Program-made: the position numbers and the translations under genes
The notes under the pieces: model-generated
What the model was told of the DNA's origin: nothing
Database searches by the model: none
Seen by the model: the letters and a program-made list of their open reading frames with translations, nothing else
Assembly (NCBI RefSeq): GCF_964355755.1
Contig: NC_092672.1
Span: forward strand, 29,394,437-29,458,436
Length of the DNA: 64,000 nt
Reading direction: 5' to 3'
Origin: Antedon mediterranea
Taxonomy: Eukaryota > Animalia > Echinodermata
Shown: positions 41,401-56,400 of the stretch, in pieces
Position numbering within the stretch: position 1 is the stretch's first letter
How the letters are laid out: each line of letters starts with the position of its first letter

Positions 41401-44400
41401 CAGCTATTTTTCACCTTTCGGATTGTCCAATATACAAGTTACGAGAAATTGTTAACGTTCTGTCATCAACAGTTTGAGTTAAATATGAGGTACGGTTTCT
41501 CGATGTTCTCCAGTTTAGTGGAAAATTTAAAAAGTATTACTATACAAAATTGCAAGGATTTAGTTTAATGTATAGCTGAGAATTTATTCCATGAAATAAA
41601 TTAGGTATGAAATGTAACATTTAAGAGTAAGCTGAGGACATTAATCACACCTGTCGTTTATGTGTGTATGTAACTGTGCCATAATGATGTATAGCCCACA
41701 TTACATTATAAAATAAGGCTAGCAATATCATTAAATGGTTTAATAGACTTCCATGGCCCACAGTTTTAATTACAATTCTGCATCCTGTCTATTTTATTCA
41801 CACATTTATAAAAGGGATGGGGAGGGAGAGGGGTTATAATAATACTCTCTAGCTATATTATGATCCAAGCTAACCATCACCATAATAGACTGGCCCGCAG
41901 TTTTAATTTAACATTCTACAGACACCTTGTCCGTTTTATTCACATATTTATTAAGGAGGTGGTACAGAGGCATGTACTGTAGATATTTTAAAGACCCCTT
42001 CCCTGCAATTTTGGACGTTTTTTGGAAAATAATACATATATATCACTTTAAAAACATTAAACCATGTCATTCCTTGTCTTTAATGTACGTTTTATGGTAA
42101 ATTATGATAAAAAGTGAGAAACAATGCACTACCTAAGTAGCTCGCGGCGATCGACCTCTCGTGGACGGTCTTAGGCCTAGCCTAGCTAGGCTTAGTTTTG
42201 TAGGCCTAGCTGGTAAACATCAATAACGTACGAACATCGTACGCTAGCTATATACCTAGCCTGACGTTGTATAGTTGCTGCATTAATTGTCTTTCTATTT
42301 TTGCCAGACTCCGTTGATACAAATTGGGGAAAACCCGGTATTTTCGCTGAAAAGTTAGGAGTCTTCCATTTGTTTTGGCTTCACGATCGATCGAAAAGTG
42401 GGCGAATTACAGGTGAAAAACAAAAATATCAATCCGCGCGCAATGCATTTTGGGATTTATAGCGGGCCGCTATAATTATTAGAATCGATTTATTTTTCAC
42501 ATTTTTAACCGTTTAAAGACGAAAAAAGTTATTGCAATAGGACCATATAGTATTATTTTTACATTAAATATAGTTTGTGATCTTAAATTAGATCTAAAAA
42601 ACGTAGGGAATGGGGCTTTAAGTAACACTCACTAGCTATATACTGTATTAACCCAGCCAGAAATACTGTATAAAGACCTGCAGGCTGTAATCCAAGCTAG
42701 CCAATCCACCTAGCAATATAACCCAACTCAAACCATTTGAAGCCCAGCCATTATGCTCTCCAACCAGTTATTGCACTTCACACTACACTGTCCAAATTTT
42801 CAGTGATTTTATCTTAGAAATTGCAAATATAAAACCAAAGCTTCATCTAGTGTGCAGAGAACAACTTCAGAACTGGTGTCCCAAAGAACTTGAGGTTCTA
42901 CTGTATTCATAAATAATAGCTGTGGAGGTTATTTTCTTTTTATTGAGCTTTTTAAAGCTCGGTTTACGCAACACAGGGGCGTAGGTGTGTCGCAAGTAAT
43001 TTTACAAAGCATGACAAGATGGATCTCCCGAAATGCCGCTCGTGATTGGTCAATGCACTTCGTTGTACCTACAACATTGCTTTGCTGCTAAGTAGGAACC
43101 AAGCTTGCTAGTAGCTATGTTCTGTTCTTTACTGTCAGCTACTGTATCTTAATAAGTACACCACTGTGATATCTAACCTCATTTTATGATCTTCTCTTTC
43201 TAGGGTTTATGCACTTTTAACACATTTCTTACGGCTGATTCAGATTACAGTACCTCTACACTCTACCTTTAGACATAGTCATTAGTAATGATATTAGAAC
43301 CTAAGGGTTAAATAACAATTGCTTTTCTTCTATACATTTGACTGCAATTAAACAGTTACGCATAATGAATAATACGGTCTCATTTGCTGAATACGATACC
43401 GACAGTTACTTAATCAATACCAACTCCTTCTTAATTCTATGAATATTGTGAGTCATTAAAGTACAGTTTTTCAGTAAGGTCAGAGGGAGGATGTTTTCTT
43501 GATTGAACTGTTTTAAAGTCTTTATTATATAAAGAGGATTCTTTTTTCCATGATTATTATTATTATTAGACCTCCACTCTGTCAAAGCCACTGCTTTTCA
43601 CTGCCACTCCTACCTGCTACCCAGGCCTCCTCCCTCCCTGCTACCCGGACCTCTCCCTCCCTGCTACCCAGGCCTTCACCCCCTGCCATATGGGCGGGCG
43701 GTATGTAAATATGGATTTCGAACCAACCAATGATCTTTTTGTTTAAAAATGAAAAGATCGAGTACGTATAGTGCTGAATGTACAATCGAGACTGAACAAC
43801 TGTTGAAATATAAAATCGTGTTGCCAAGTTGTTTGTTTATTAATTGTCTAGGCCTCCTTCGTAGGCCAACTCAACTTGTACGTAGGCCTATGACCTGCCA
43901 TAAAACGTCAATAAGGCACATACCACCACCGGCACACAACAGAGCTACACCACCACACAGACAGGACAGGCTAGGAGGAGGACAGGGTCTTAAATAATCT
44001 CCACATAATAAATCCATTCAATGTTTAATTTGCGAAGAAGCTAGCCTATCATTATCAAGAAGAGTTTTCATGTTCTTGGAGAAAATCCCATCAAATGTTT
44101 ACCAGACTACTAGGCATATAAGATCATTTCTAGCCTTCAAAAACTTTCATCAATGTACAAAAGTACACACGTGTGTACGTCACCACACATTGTCTAAACG
44201 TAACATAGCGCATGCGCATCATCTTAGTTGAGTCTTTGAAATTCTAAAATATGAATATTAAAACAGCGTACGAGTGAGTAGCCAATCGCATGCAGCTGAA
44301 ACTAGTCAACCGTATAATCTATGCACCAAGAATTCTTGGTGTCAAACCACATGACTTGTGCTTGTTTCCCCAGACAGAGTATACAAACTCAAGTAATACA

Positions 44401-47400
44401 CGTATGAAACGCCATATGTGCAAAAATATTTATATTTTTACTAATATTAAGACAAAACTCTGTCTGGTGCCCAGACTACTCATTCCCCTACGTTCAGAAA
44501 TGAATACGGGACTTACTACACTACACCTTACTTTACATAAACTGAATACATATCACTTCAGTTAAATAATGTATATTGAATGTTGTAAACATTTTTCAAA
44601 ACAATTATTTGAAATTGTAACTTCAGAATTGTATGTAAAAAGCTAATACTTCTTTCTTAGATTGAATAGTTAGCAATTATTCCGTCGTCCATTAACTTAT
44701 ATTTTATTCCGGTTCTTCAACCATTTTTCAATTACACATATTGGGATTATGCTGCTCTATAACACATGCTTTCCATTTTTTCTGTAAAATGTACAATTTT
44801 ATCCGATGCTTTCTCTATGATTATTTAGTCTCATTGTCGCCAAGTTGATGCCTGCAATCCGAAAATACTTAGACTGGTTACTATTGCCGACTTTTGAACA
44901 ATTTCAATGTTTAATGACAATGGCATCTTGAAATAAAAATAAATGATGATTTTATTATTTCTGATAGATTTCATAAACGATGAATATTTCAGAGAATTTC
45001 AATGTGACGACATCACAATTGGTTTCTCCATTTAAAACCGCTTATTTTATTTATTTATATATAGTTTGGAACTTAAGTATCTAGTGTTAAATATAATTAT
45101 CAAATGGCAAATTAAAATATTAAATTTCTTCCCAGATATGCAATGAAGGATAAAGGAATGTAATTGCTTTTTTTTACATTGTAGCACCAACAAATCAATC
45201 GTAATATATAGTTCAGCTACAATGTAATTTTTTTGATAGCTGAAGTGATGATCTTAGCGAAACTTATCACTTACACGTTTCTAATGATTGGCAAATGGCC
45301 GACAAATAGCCAATGTGATACGCAATGTTTCATAGATCTCTTTGACTACAGCCCGCATTATGATTAAATTGTCGTCGTGGTCTGACGATTACCGTAATTC
45401 AAAACAGATGACAGACTGGAAGCATGTCTACACATTCAAAATTTCTCAACTCTTCTCCGATAAAATAACGTGTATTTCAAAGTATTTTTGAATCCATAGA
45501 AACTGGTTTTGTGTAACTTAGGATGACATTTGTTCAATTTCCACACATCCTCCACAAGGACTTGCTCAAGTAAAATGCCATCATAATTTGTTTGTACCCA
45601 GTGGGCTAGTGTGAAATTACCACATGTTCCTATGTCCACTTTATAATTCATTTATTTTCTTTATTTCGGATATACAAATCATACAAAATACAAAAAGAGA
45701 AAGAATAATATAAGCAACTTCCACAAAACCAAAACACAATGGAGAGAGCTAAAATCAATTTGACCTCTTTTGATTTAAATTACATTTTTCCAGGTTAAAA
45801 TAACTTTTTATTTTTCTATCTAATTTTTGGTCAAAGTTAATGTTATTAATAAGCAAGTTGGTTATGGGTACAGTGCTGACCTTGTTTAATGCTTGCTAGG
45901 AACTAACTTACCAGCCTGAACGGGCACCTTTCATTCTTCTTAATAGTATACTTTCATAAAATCTAGCAGAGAGATGTAAAATAAAATTTTATATCTCCCT
46001 GCCGTAAGTATTTGGCATGTATTCTATGTATAACTTTGTACATAAAATAGATAGACTATAGGCAGTCATTCCTTATCATTAATCTTTGCCAGTGGAACTT
46101 CCTACTATAACAGTGAGTTATCTAAATTCACTCGAAGACTTCATTCCAAATGAAGATAAAAACAGTATGTGTGTGATGTGAAATATTATACAAATTGCTT
46201 TTTATAACCAAATAAAGCTACAGAATTAAAAATAAACCAAAGTGAAAACTGTGCATTAACCTCGGAATTGATGGTTCACGACGGAGATCCATGAATCGTG
46301 ATTACCACTCTGGCGCCGTCGTTTGCTCAATTCACTCTATCAGTTTCGAGCGATCTTCTCATTTTGATTAAACGAAATGGCACCCGTGAGAAAATCACAG
46401 CGTCAACCGGAATGATCGTTCATTCGCAGGAATATATCATTGTTTGTAATCAAATGTCTTTTAAAATAATTTAGAGATATTGAATTCATCGTAAATGGGA
46501 AAATTTGATAAAGTGGATGGAAATAAAATGTTAGAGGATTTTTTTTATTTGATTAAAATGGATGTTACTAGAATTTCAATTTTACTTATTGCTGGAAAAA
46601 ATGTTTGATTAAGACAATTTATTGAATAATATGTTTTAAATGCAAAGAATTATACACATTATCAGATATAATTGTTAATGCTTTAATACACATTAAATAT
46701 CTTATCCTTTTTCTTTTCATCAATATTTATTCTTATTATATTTCATATTAATGAAGTTGATATCATCATTTATATCATTTATATGACTGCCATTATTTTT
46801 ATCTTATAGAATTAATTCACATGTACTTTGTTTCTTTTAAATATATTTGAAAATATTATTTTACAATATAAAAATGATTTTTTTTCCCCTTAAAGGTGAA
46901 AAGTTGGAGATGTCGCCTACTACTACAGAAGGAAAGAAAAACACATTTAATGTCGGAGACAAGGTAAAGGTAGTCCTGCAGGAGGACATTCTGAAGGCCA
47001 TGCAGGAGGGACATGGCGGATGGAACCCAAAAATGGCAGAGGTAAAAGACAAACCATGTTGACAATTTTTTGAAATGGTTTTTGGGTGGTCAACATCTCA
47101 GATTTCATTATGGCTGCCATTTTAGTTATTTTATGGTCATCGTTTTAGATTTCATTATGGGCACAATTTTTGATTTCATTAGATGCCGTCTTTGATTTAT
47201 TATAGCTGCCATTTTCAATTTCATTATGGCCACAATTTTAGATTTTATTCGTGCTGCCATCTTAGATTTCAATGGACGCCATCAATTTTTGGAATATGTA
47301 GTTTTTAGGTTGTCAGCATCTTAAATTTATTCTGGCTGCCATTTTAGTTATTATGGTTGTCATTTTTAGATTTCCTTAAACAGTAGCCACAATTTTTTTT

Positions 47401-50400
47401 TATTATGGACTTTTATCTAATATTTCATTAAGGCCGATAATTTAGATTTCATTATGGTTGCCATCTTAGATTTCATTTTGGCTGCCATCTTAGATTTCAT
47501 TATGACCGACATCTTAGATTTCATTATGACTGACATTTTAGATTTCATTATGGCTACCATATTAGATTTCATTATGACCGACATCTTAGATTTCATTATG
47601 ACTGACATCTTAGATTTCATTTTGGCTTCCATCGTAGATTTCAGTATGACCGACATCTTTGATTTCATTATGGCTACCATTATTAGATTTCATTATGGCT
47701 GCCATCTTAGATTTCATTATGGCTACCATCTTAGATTTCATTAGTGCTGCCATCTTAGATTTCATTATGCCATCGACATCTTTGATTTCATTATGGCTGC
47801 CATCTTAGATTTCATTTTGGCTGCCATCTTAGATTTCATTATATCTGCCATCTTAGATTTTATTATGTCTGCCATATTAGATTTCATTATGGCCACAATT
47901 TTAGATTTTGTTATGGCTGTTTATCTATAATTTCATTATGGTCGCCATTATGGACAACATTTTTAAGGCTGCCATCCATTCCTAGAGATATTATTTTGGT
48001 TGTAGTGGCTTGGCTTTTGTCCTACTTACCCGAATTAATAGAAAATATCCCTTGCTCTTTCTAGGGAGAGCTATAATACAAACAATATTCCTTCCGGCAA
48101 TAATGGACTAGTCTGACCAACTCTGATTTTGTGAAATATCATTGTTCCATCAGTAATAATGTACTTGTTTTTATTTGTTTGGTTCATGTTTTTTTCCCAG
48201 TATATTGGAAAAGTGGGGGTAGTTCATCGAGTAACTGACAGGGGTGATATCAGGGTGCAGTATCATAGTTCAGGCACCAGGTGGACCTTCCATGCAGGTG
48301 CATTAATCAAGGTATGTATACAATTATTTCATTTGCATAGTAAATTTATATTTTTAAAAGAAAAAATTAAGATTGGTTTAATAGCAGAATTTTGCAATTT
48401 AAGAGAAATTTCACTTTTTTTATTTAGTTACTTTAATATTTAACCAAATTTTATAATCTTAAATTCATGGCTGTATCTGAGCTTTTAACATTTTTTTTCT
48501 GAAGATGCCAAATAATTCTGATTCGCTCCAGTGAACCTGCTGCCCCTCTTCCCTGCTGCTACTCAAATAATATTTTGAGTAAATTGCACACATGAGTGAA
48601 CGTGCTCATTTATCAACGTTCTTCTTCCCTAAAGGTCTCCTGATATGATCATCTGACTATCTTTTTTTGCCACGATATAATGATAAGATGAAATGAACCA
48701 AATCAAGGATAAACTTTAATAGTCGCAATGAAAATTGACATTTAATTGACCTTTGTCTTTTACGAGAATATATTTTCAGGTTACGCCTTCCCCCCACCCC
48801 CTTTATATCATATTAATTGTCTAATTTGTTTGTAGGTTGAATTTTATGCAGTAAACGATATTGTTCGTGTCTTAGATGATGTTTCAAAAATTAAGCAGCT
48901 GCAATCAGGGCATGGGGAATGGACAGAAAATATGCGTGTAGTAAGTATACTATAACAGTGATTATAATACATGGATACTTTACAAAGAGTGCCTTGTCTA
49001 CACTATCAAACTTTATGTGACAACAAAATGTGATGTGCCCAAACATGATGATGATACAGATACAGATACAGATACAGATACAGATACAGATTCATTTATT
49101 GTCCAAAATAATAATGGAAATTACAGTGCTCATAAACCTTGGCTTGCCTAAAATAAATATAAATATAACGGGGACTATCTAACAAATGTTTTGTTATAAT
49201 GCCTTTATCCCAGCTGGGTAGAACGAGTACTTGTAACGGTCCGTCTGCGCATTCACCGTCCTCATCCTACCACTTCTAACGATAACGGAGCCGATAATGT
49301 CCTTATGAAGAGGATGGTTGGTGTCTTCCAATATAGTATGGAACACATCGGCAAGACGTTCGCTGTAGAAAGAGTCGAGCGTTTGCACAGACGAACCAAT
49401 TACTTTCCCCGCTCTACCCAGCACCTTTTCAATTCGGTCTTTATACCCTTTACTGATATTCCCAGCCCAGCCCAAATAAAATGGAATATTACTACCATAT
49501 TTGGGCACATTACACTATTTTGTCAAACTAATTTGATAGTGTAGACAAAGCTTTAGACAGTGAGCATCTTACAAGATATTGAACAATTTCCTCCAATTTA
49601 TTAAGAGTTTCATTTTCTTGCAGATAATTGGTAAAGTAGGTAAAGTATTAAGAATATATTCTGATGGTGATTTGCGTGTGTTGATTGATGCTGCTCCATG
49701 GACGTTAAACCCAGCGTGCGTTGTACCAGTGTCACAAAATAGAACAGACATTAATAACACAATGAGACCAGACCGAGAAGAAGAAAAAGGTGATTAAATG
49801 AATTACTCTAATATTATTATTAAAGGCAAAACTATCCTATACTTTTAGGCACCAGCAGCGAGTAACTCGCCAGTGACAGGATAGATAAATTATTTTATCA
49901 TGCTTGTATAAACTAAGTCTCATTTGAGGCTTAGGTAGTGGAGTCATAAGATGCAACCCTGCACTAGGTCAGGATTAAAAAGCTTGAGATTGGAAGCAAG
50001 CACGTTAACCACCAAGCTACAGCTCAACTACATTTGTGAATATGTAATAGAACCTGTTCTTTGAACATGATATTCAAGAATACTTATAAAACTAATCTCT
50101 TTATTTGCAGGCCACATGCAAGCTCTTATAGACCAGATTGTATCTGTGAACTTAAGCACCGAGAGTTGTGATAAGCTGGTTAGTGACGCGGCACATGGCA
50201 ATGCTAGGGCTGTCACTGATATACTTGCTAAACATCCTGAGTGGGTAAGTACTGAGAGTTGCATTAAAACACTACCGTATTTATTTGAGGGGGCGTTTAT
50301 TTTAAGCGCGGCGTTTATATAAATAAATACGGTATTTCATTGAGACAGTTTTGGAATATGTGCTCCCTGGGACTAATTCAAATGGCAATTCTCAAAATTA

Positions 50401-53400
50401 CATTCTATATTCTACTCTAATTATTTTTCCTTAGGCAGATTCAATTCGAAGGCCCACCTGGCCTAGGTTTTCCAAAAGGTGTAAAATATTTTTTTAAATA
50501 AATAATTCTGTTTAAATTGTAATAATGTAGTTAGTAAGCTACATGTTTCTACCAGAGCTGTTTGTCTTATTCTGTTATTCCGTATCAACGAAATAGAGGG
50601 CTCTCATTTCTAAATTACATTAGCAGTCAGTCAAAACATTTCCATCTTTTCTAGGTTGATGCAAAAAATACAGGGAAGACAGCGCTGCAGGTTGCTAGCC
50701 ACCAAGGTCATGTAGAGGTCATCAAGGTTCTTGTGGTTGCTAAGGCTAATTTGGAACTAAAAGACCAGGATGGAGATACAGCTCTTCATTATGCAATATT
50801 TGGGTATGTGTGTTATGTATGCTTCTCGCAATATTTATTAAATGATTTTGTTTATTATTTTATTTAACTACGTACACTTTAATTATAATGATTTCCGCAG
50901 CAATCAGCCAGAAGTGGCGTCATTTCTACTGTCGAAAGGTGCTAACGTAAACGCTTTGAATAACGTTGGTTGCAGTAGTCTACATGTGGCAGTCAATAAA
51001 GGTTTTACAAGATGTGTGCGTGCTCTACTCAAACACAAGTGCGACATCAATAAACAGGTATAGTTGTCTGTAGCCCTCTATCAAAAATGTAATCAAAGAG
51101 TGTACGGTATAACCAGGGATGTCACCAGCTTTTTGGAGTGCCGGTCGGCAAATTTCCCGGGGGTTTGTCGTTATTTTAGCGAAACATAAAGAATTATGAA
51201 AATAAATAACAACAAATTGCGTCAGGTCTAGGCCTAACCTTGTACCACCGGGGAGTCGCCGTTATTATTCGCGAAAACAAAAAAATGCTTACGAAATGAA
51301 TAGCAATAGATCGCGTCAGGCTTAGGCCTAGCCTTGTAGACACTACGACCACTAGGCCTAGCCAAGGCTTAGATAGATGCCCCAAAATCTGAATTCCACA
51401 AAAACAGGCGCTTCCTTATTTAGGCCTAATCCCTAATCAAATACTGTAGATAAATTATTAGCCTAGACCTTACTATTTGTTGCTCGATATAATGTTCGTG
51501 TTCTTTTGCGCGAGAGTTTTTTAGCGTTTTCGCGAATTCCGGATTTTTTGTTTCACAACTGTGCGGCAAGCATGTAGTGCATGGCCGGCAAAAACAGACA
51601 CGTGTTTATGGGTTAACTGAAGTTCAGCAACCTGAAGTTATCCCAGGGACGTGGAATTATTGTACCATGCTCGGCGATCATAAACGAACGAACTTGCCCG
51701 GTCTCACTGAAACCATGCGCATGTTTTTTTATTTTTTTTAATAGTTCGTAGAGTACAAAAATGTAAAACTAGTAACATAATATAATTAAAGCAGGGTGAC
51801 AAAACATTCAGCAATTAAAAATGATTTTGTTTGGGTCTATGTAGTTGTACATTTTTAATTACTGCGTACTTGTTTGTATTTTTAATCTGTGCAAAATAAA
51901 ACGCTTGAATGGTCGCTATGTGAACTTTAAACTTGTACACTGTGCTGTGTAGCACGTTGTTCGCCATGACTCACAAGCTGTAACAATGAATACCAGGGCA
52001 GGGTAGGCCTGGTATTGTGTTACAAATAAAGTAACGTACGTAACCACGGAAACATTTGCTGTAGTCTTTTGTCTTATCTATATGAGGCTAGCTTGACGAT
52101 GTGCTAGGTAAAATGTTTTAGTACGAATTTTAGTTAGGCCTAGGCCTAATATAAATATCGTAATGATTAATAAATAATAGTGGTGGTCGGCAGCCTGTAA
52201 ATCCTGGTCGGAAATGTTGAGTGCTGGTCGGGGCTGACCAGCGTGGTGACATCCCTGGTATAACCAATTAACATTATAATAAACAATGTTTAGCTTAGTG
52301 CCATCCTAATATAATAACAATAATTTAAATTTGATGCTACCGACCTTTCGTAGTGTCTTTCATTAAATTGTTTTTACTATTGAACTCATGAACATTAATT
52401 ATTTGTTTTACTATCAAACTTGTGTCTACTGTTTTATAAGCAAATAAATGAATTGTGTCTATAAATTAAATATATAATTTTGCCTTCAGGATGCGTATGG
52501 TGATTCTGCCCTCCACGATGCAGTCGCTAAAAATAACAAAGAAATAATTGAAATGTTGATAGATGCACCGTCAATAGATTTGACCGTAAAAAACAAGAAA
52601 GGATTCAATTCACTTCACCATGCTGCTCTCAAGGGTAATAAGTTGTAAGTACTTAGATCTCGGTTTTTACAATCTAAAATTATATTTGAATATACCATGA
52701 CAGCCCCAGTGGTCCACTATTTAGGAATCGAGTCTCAGTTGACATGGTTTTTTCTCAGTCTCGTAGATTTCCTCATCTTTGATCAATAGTTACTTCTCTG
52801 GTTGGTTTAGTGTTTCTCCATGCCTGTCATGAATATACTGTATACATTTATAAAAACTTCTATGGTATTATGATGAATATTGTTGTATAACTTCGTATTA
52901 TGCTATGTGACAACAAATCATGTGACAATTAATTGCTGTAGATAACTGTTTAAAGAAGTATTGTCCCCCAAAACATGAAAAATGAAAATGAATAAAATCA
53001 GACTTTAAATAGGCCATATGCCGTAGCTTTAATAATATTAATCACTTCCGTAGAAAGAAATAAGGAAAAAATAATGTTTTCAATTAAAAAAGACAAATCA
53101 AGCGGTTAAATTCAACCAAAAACTTGTTGGCTGGCAGTCAATTTGACAATATTTGCTTTAAATTACAACTTTTTTCAGGTAAATTTCACTCTGATTTTTT
53201 TGGTCAAATTGCATTAAAATGCCATATTCAACAAAAACACATTTTTTAGGGGTACAATATATCTTAGGATTTCTAATGACAATTTTTCGTGTTTCTACCA
53301 GTGCTGCTGATAAACTGTTAGTGAAGGCTAGGCAGTTGGCAGATGTAAGGAAAGACGATGGCTTTGCATCGTTGCATCTTGCCGCCCTGAATGGCCATCG

Positions 53401-56400
53401 AGAAGTTGCGGACATACTAATAACCAAGGTAAAGATTGTTATTGTTATTGCTAAAAGATTATATAGTGAAATAGAGAGTCAACTCCAACATTAACGTAGC
53501 ACGATATAGAGGGACCATGGCCAATCAGATATACAAGTTTAATGTCACCACTTACGTAGTCACACACCACTACTCCTATAGTGCTGTGTGTTGAGATATC
53601 AATGTGAGTTGTATGATCCTTGTTGTATGCAAAAATGTTAGGCTTTACCAAGAAATTATGTGTGTTATTGCCAAATTGACCGATACGAATTTCTCTTTTC
53701 TTGATTACATAAGGGTCACTGTGAAGTGGACATTAGAAACAACCGGCAACAGACCCCACTCATTCTGGCGGTCAGTCAGGGACACACAAACATTGTAGAG
53801 TTATTAGTAACAAAAGGCGCTGATGTCAACTCAGAAGATGAAGATGGTGACACAGCACTGCATCTAGCCTTGATGCGACAGGCTCTAAACTCACCAACAG
53901 AGCTTGCAACTGCTGCAACTAAGGTGAGGCTAACATCTGGGATTGTCTGTTTAAAAATATTGAGGGCAGTGTTTTTAAAGAACAGAAATAGAATCAGCTT
54001 TAATATACTAATATTATTGTGAAAATATTTTTTTTATTAAAAGTTAATTTTAGTGTTTTTTTAAAGGCCAGGTGCGGGCACAAAATTTCTATTGATCATA
54101 CATTCCAATAATCATCGATCTATAGTTTCCCCTATGTTTCATCATTTTTGGGATTTTATTTGTGTTACACGAGCTTGTTGAAAATAAGCACTTTCTTATC
54201 AGTAACAAACAAAATTTGATAGTTCAAATTACACAGTAAAATCTCTATTCTTTTGTACACAAATTGTGTAAATAGAGAGGCATTTTAAAAAGCTATGAAA
54301 ACTAAACGGTGTGGTCAAAAATGTTATCAGATGACTAAATATAGGTAATATAACTTGAATTTTACATTTCTGGTATTTTTATTCAACTTCAGATTTTTGT
54401 TTTCATGCTATAGCAAAAATTATCCACCGTATATCCACCATCTTTTTTCACCTTCTAGGGAGTCACCAGACATGTTATTACATTAGGTTAACTACCTAAC
54501 TACTGAAAAAAATTCTTCCTGGTTTTTATGGCAGAATATTGCTAAATTTTGTATTTGACCATATTAAAGGAAATTCATGTTTTTTCGTCTTGATTTTTTT
54601 TACAAATTTTTGATTTATGTACAATTAACCAGATATTATATGTAAAATTCATGCCTGTACCTGAGCTTTAAAACAACATAAAACAAAACATTCTTTAGAT
54701 TTTATTAGCATACTAATTACCCAGTGATGATGATTTCAGATTTCATCATCAATGAAACGGCTTGCGAAGGTAGGTTCAAAGGTCAAAAGCTTCAACTTAA
54801 TCTGAAATTACAAATCTTCAAATTAAATTTTAAAGTTTATAATAGGTAAAGTAAAATTCTCTAGAAAAAAAAGAAATCGAGAAAAAAACAAGACAGAAAA
54901 GTGTCTTTTTCTTTTGATGATGCTATCATGGTTGACATTTTAATCAAGGGGATTTGCATAGTTTAAACTATGCTATTATTCTTTATAGACCATCGCCCAA
55001 AAAACGATTTTCAAATTCCTGTCATGTTGATATCCCATTACACCAATCCCACCCCTTCCCTTGGACTGTTAAAGGGTATAATCCCAACACACATACAGTT
55101 TCCATCGACATATTTAATCTTTGGGTGTTTGTGAGGATCGCCTAAAAACGAGACAAGTTTTTCTTTTTGATTTGAAGATTTTTATTCAGACTCGGGTTAA
55201 TTTAGGTTGCTATATTACGTAACCATGGTTCCATAATAAGAAAAGAAAAACATGTGCTTTGTATAAGCTTATAGATAGTATTAACATCTATTGTATTGCA
55301 GCAGTAGTTAAAATCTATGTTTAGGTGTTACTGTTAAATAGAGGTTCACTAACAAACAGCTTATGCAAATAATAATAATAGTATTTAAGTTTTAGTAATA
55401 TAGTATTGGTGACCTGTTTGTTACTGTTTGTGGTTTAGAATCTATTGGGTGTTACTGTTAAATAGAGGTTCACTAACAAATAGCTTATGCAAATAATAGT
55501 ATTTAAGTTTTAGTAATATAGTATTGCTATAAACTATATTGTGAGACATTGGAATATATAGTCAATATGTTTAACACATAACATAGTAAAATACAATAAT
55601 AATGAGATATTTATCAGATCGAAAAGTTTAAAATTTGTCCTATAATACAAGATGCTTCCAAAGGCCATACTGCATTAAAACACCGGTTCTCGTCAGATCA
55701 CTGAAGTTAAGCAACGTTGGGCCTGGTTGCATTCTGGATAGGAATAGCGGCGGGGGCTGTATATAGCGGAGAGTGATGGTATAATGATATCGGACTTGCA
55801 TGTTGTAGGCTTGGGGGTGAGCCTATCTGTACCATACTGATTTAATACATCTTTGGGCAAGATGCTTTACTCTTATTGCCTCATCATTTTGATAGGATGT
55901 TAAGCTTGAGGACCATAAAAATTACAGTTAACAGTTAACTAGAATCCATGTTCATTTCTTTTCGTTATTTAACTGTATTTAGCTGTTTTAAACAATGTTA
56001 TGTTAAACGGTTTCTTCTCTGTACTTGTTGTATACTTAATTGTGCTTTATTTGTCTGTATTGCTAGAAAATAATAGATAAATAATTATCAACTATTTTAT
56101 ATTATTTAATATATAATAATTAGATATGTGATCCTACTGAATCTGTTGCTGTGCTTGTTTAATTTTCTGGTGAAAGTGGGAAAATTCCCTTTCATTTTAA
56201 GCAACTGGTATAGTAAAAGTCAATCTTACATTTGGAATAATTTTCATTCAAAATTATCCAAACTTTGGGACACCCCTACTCCACTCCCTAAGCCTCAAAT
56301 GAAACTTTCAGAATATTAATCCTGTCGGATGTGTATGATATAAAAAATAATAATTTAAAGAAAGGGAAGCTTTGTTGTTTTTTTAATGTGTCCCCTTAAT

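Noticed and set aside
47417-47744. Repetitive ORFs on both strands (MKSKM / ILDFIM)
   Set aside because: They are translations of the 24-bp minisatellite
53472-53490. 19-bp match TAGAGAGTCAACTCCAACA shared with the THAP 3' repeat
   Set aside because: Too short, with no flanking similarity; it cannot be separated from chance or a repeat remnant
55657-55762. Functional 5S rRNA gene
   Set aside because: The 3' third and box C are degraded, it is a single copy, and there is no terminator
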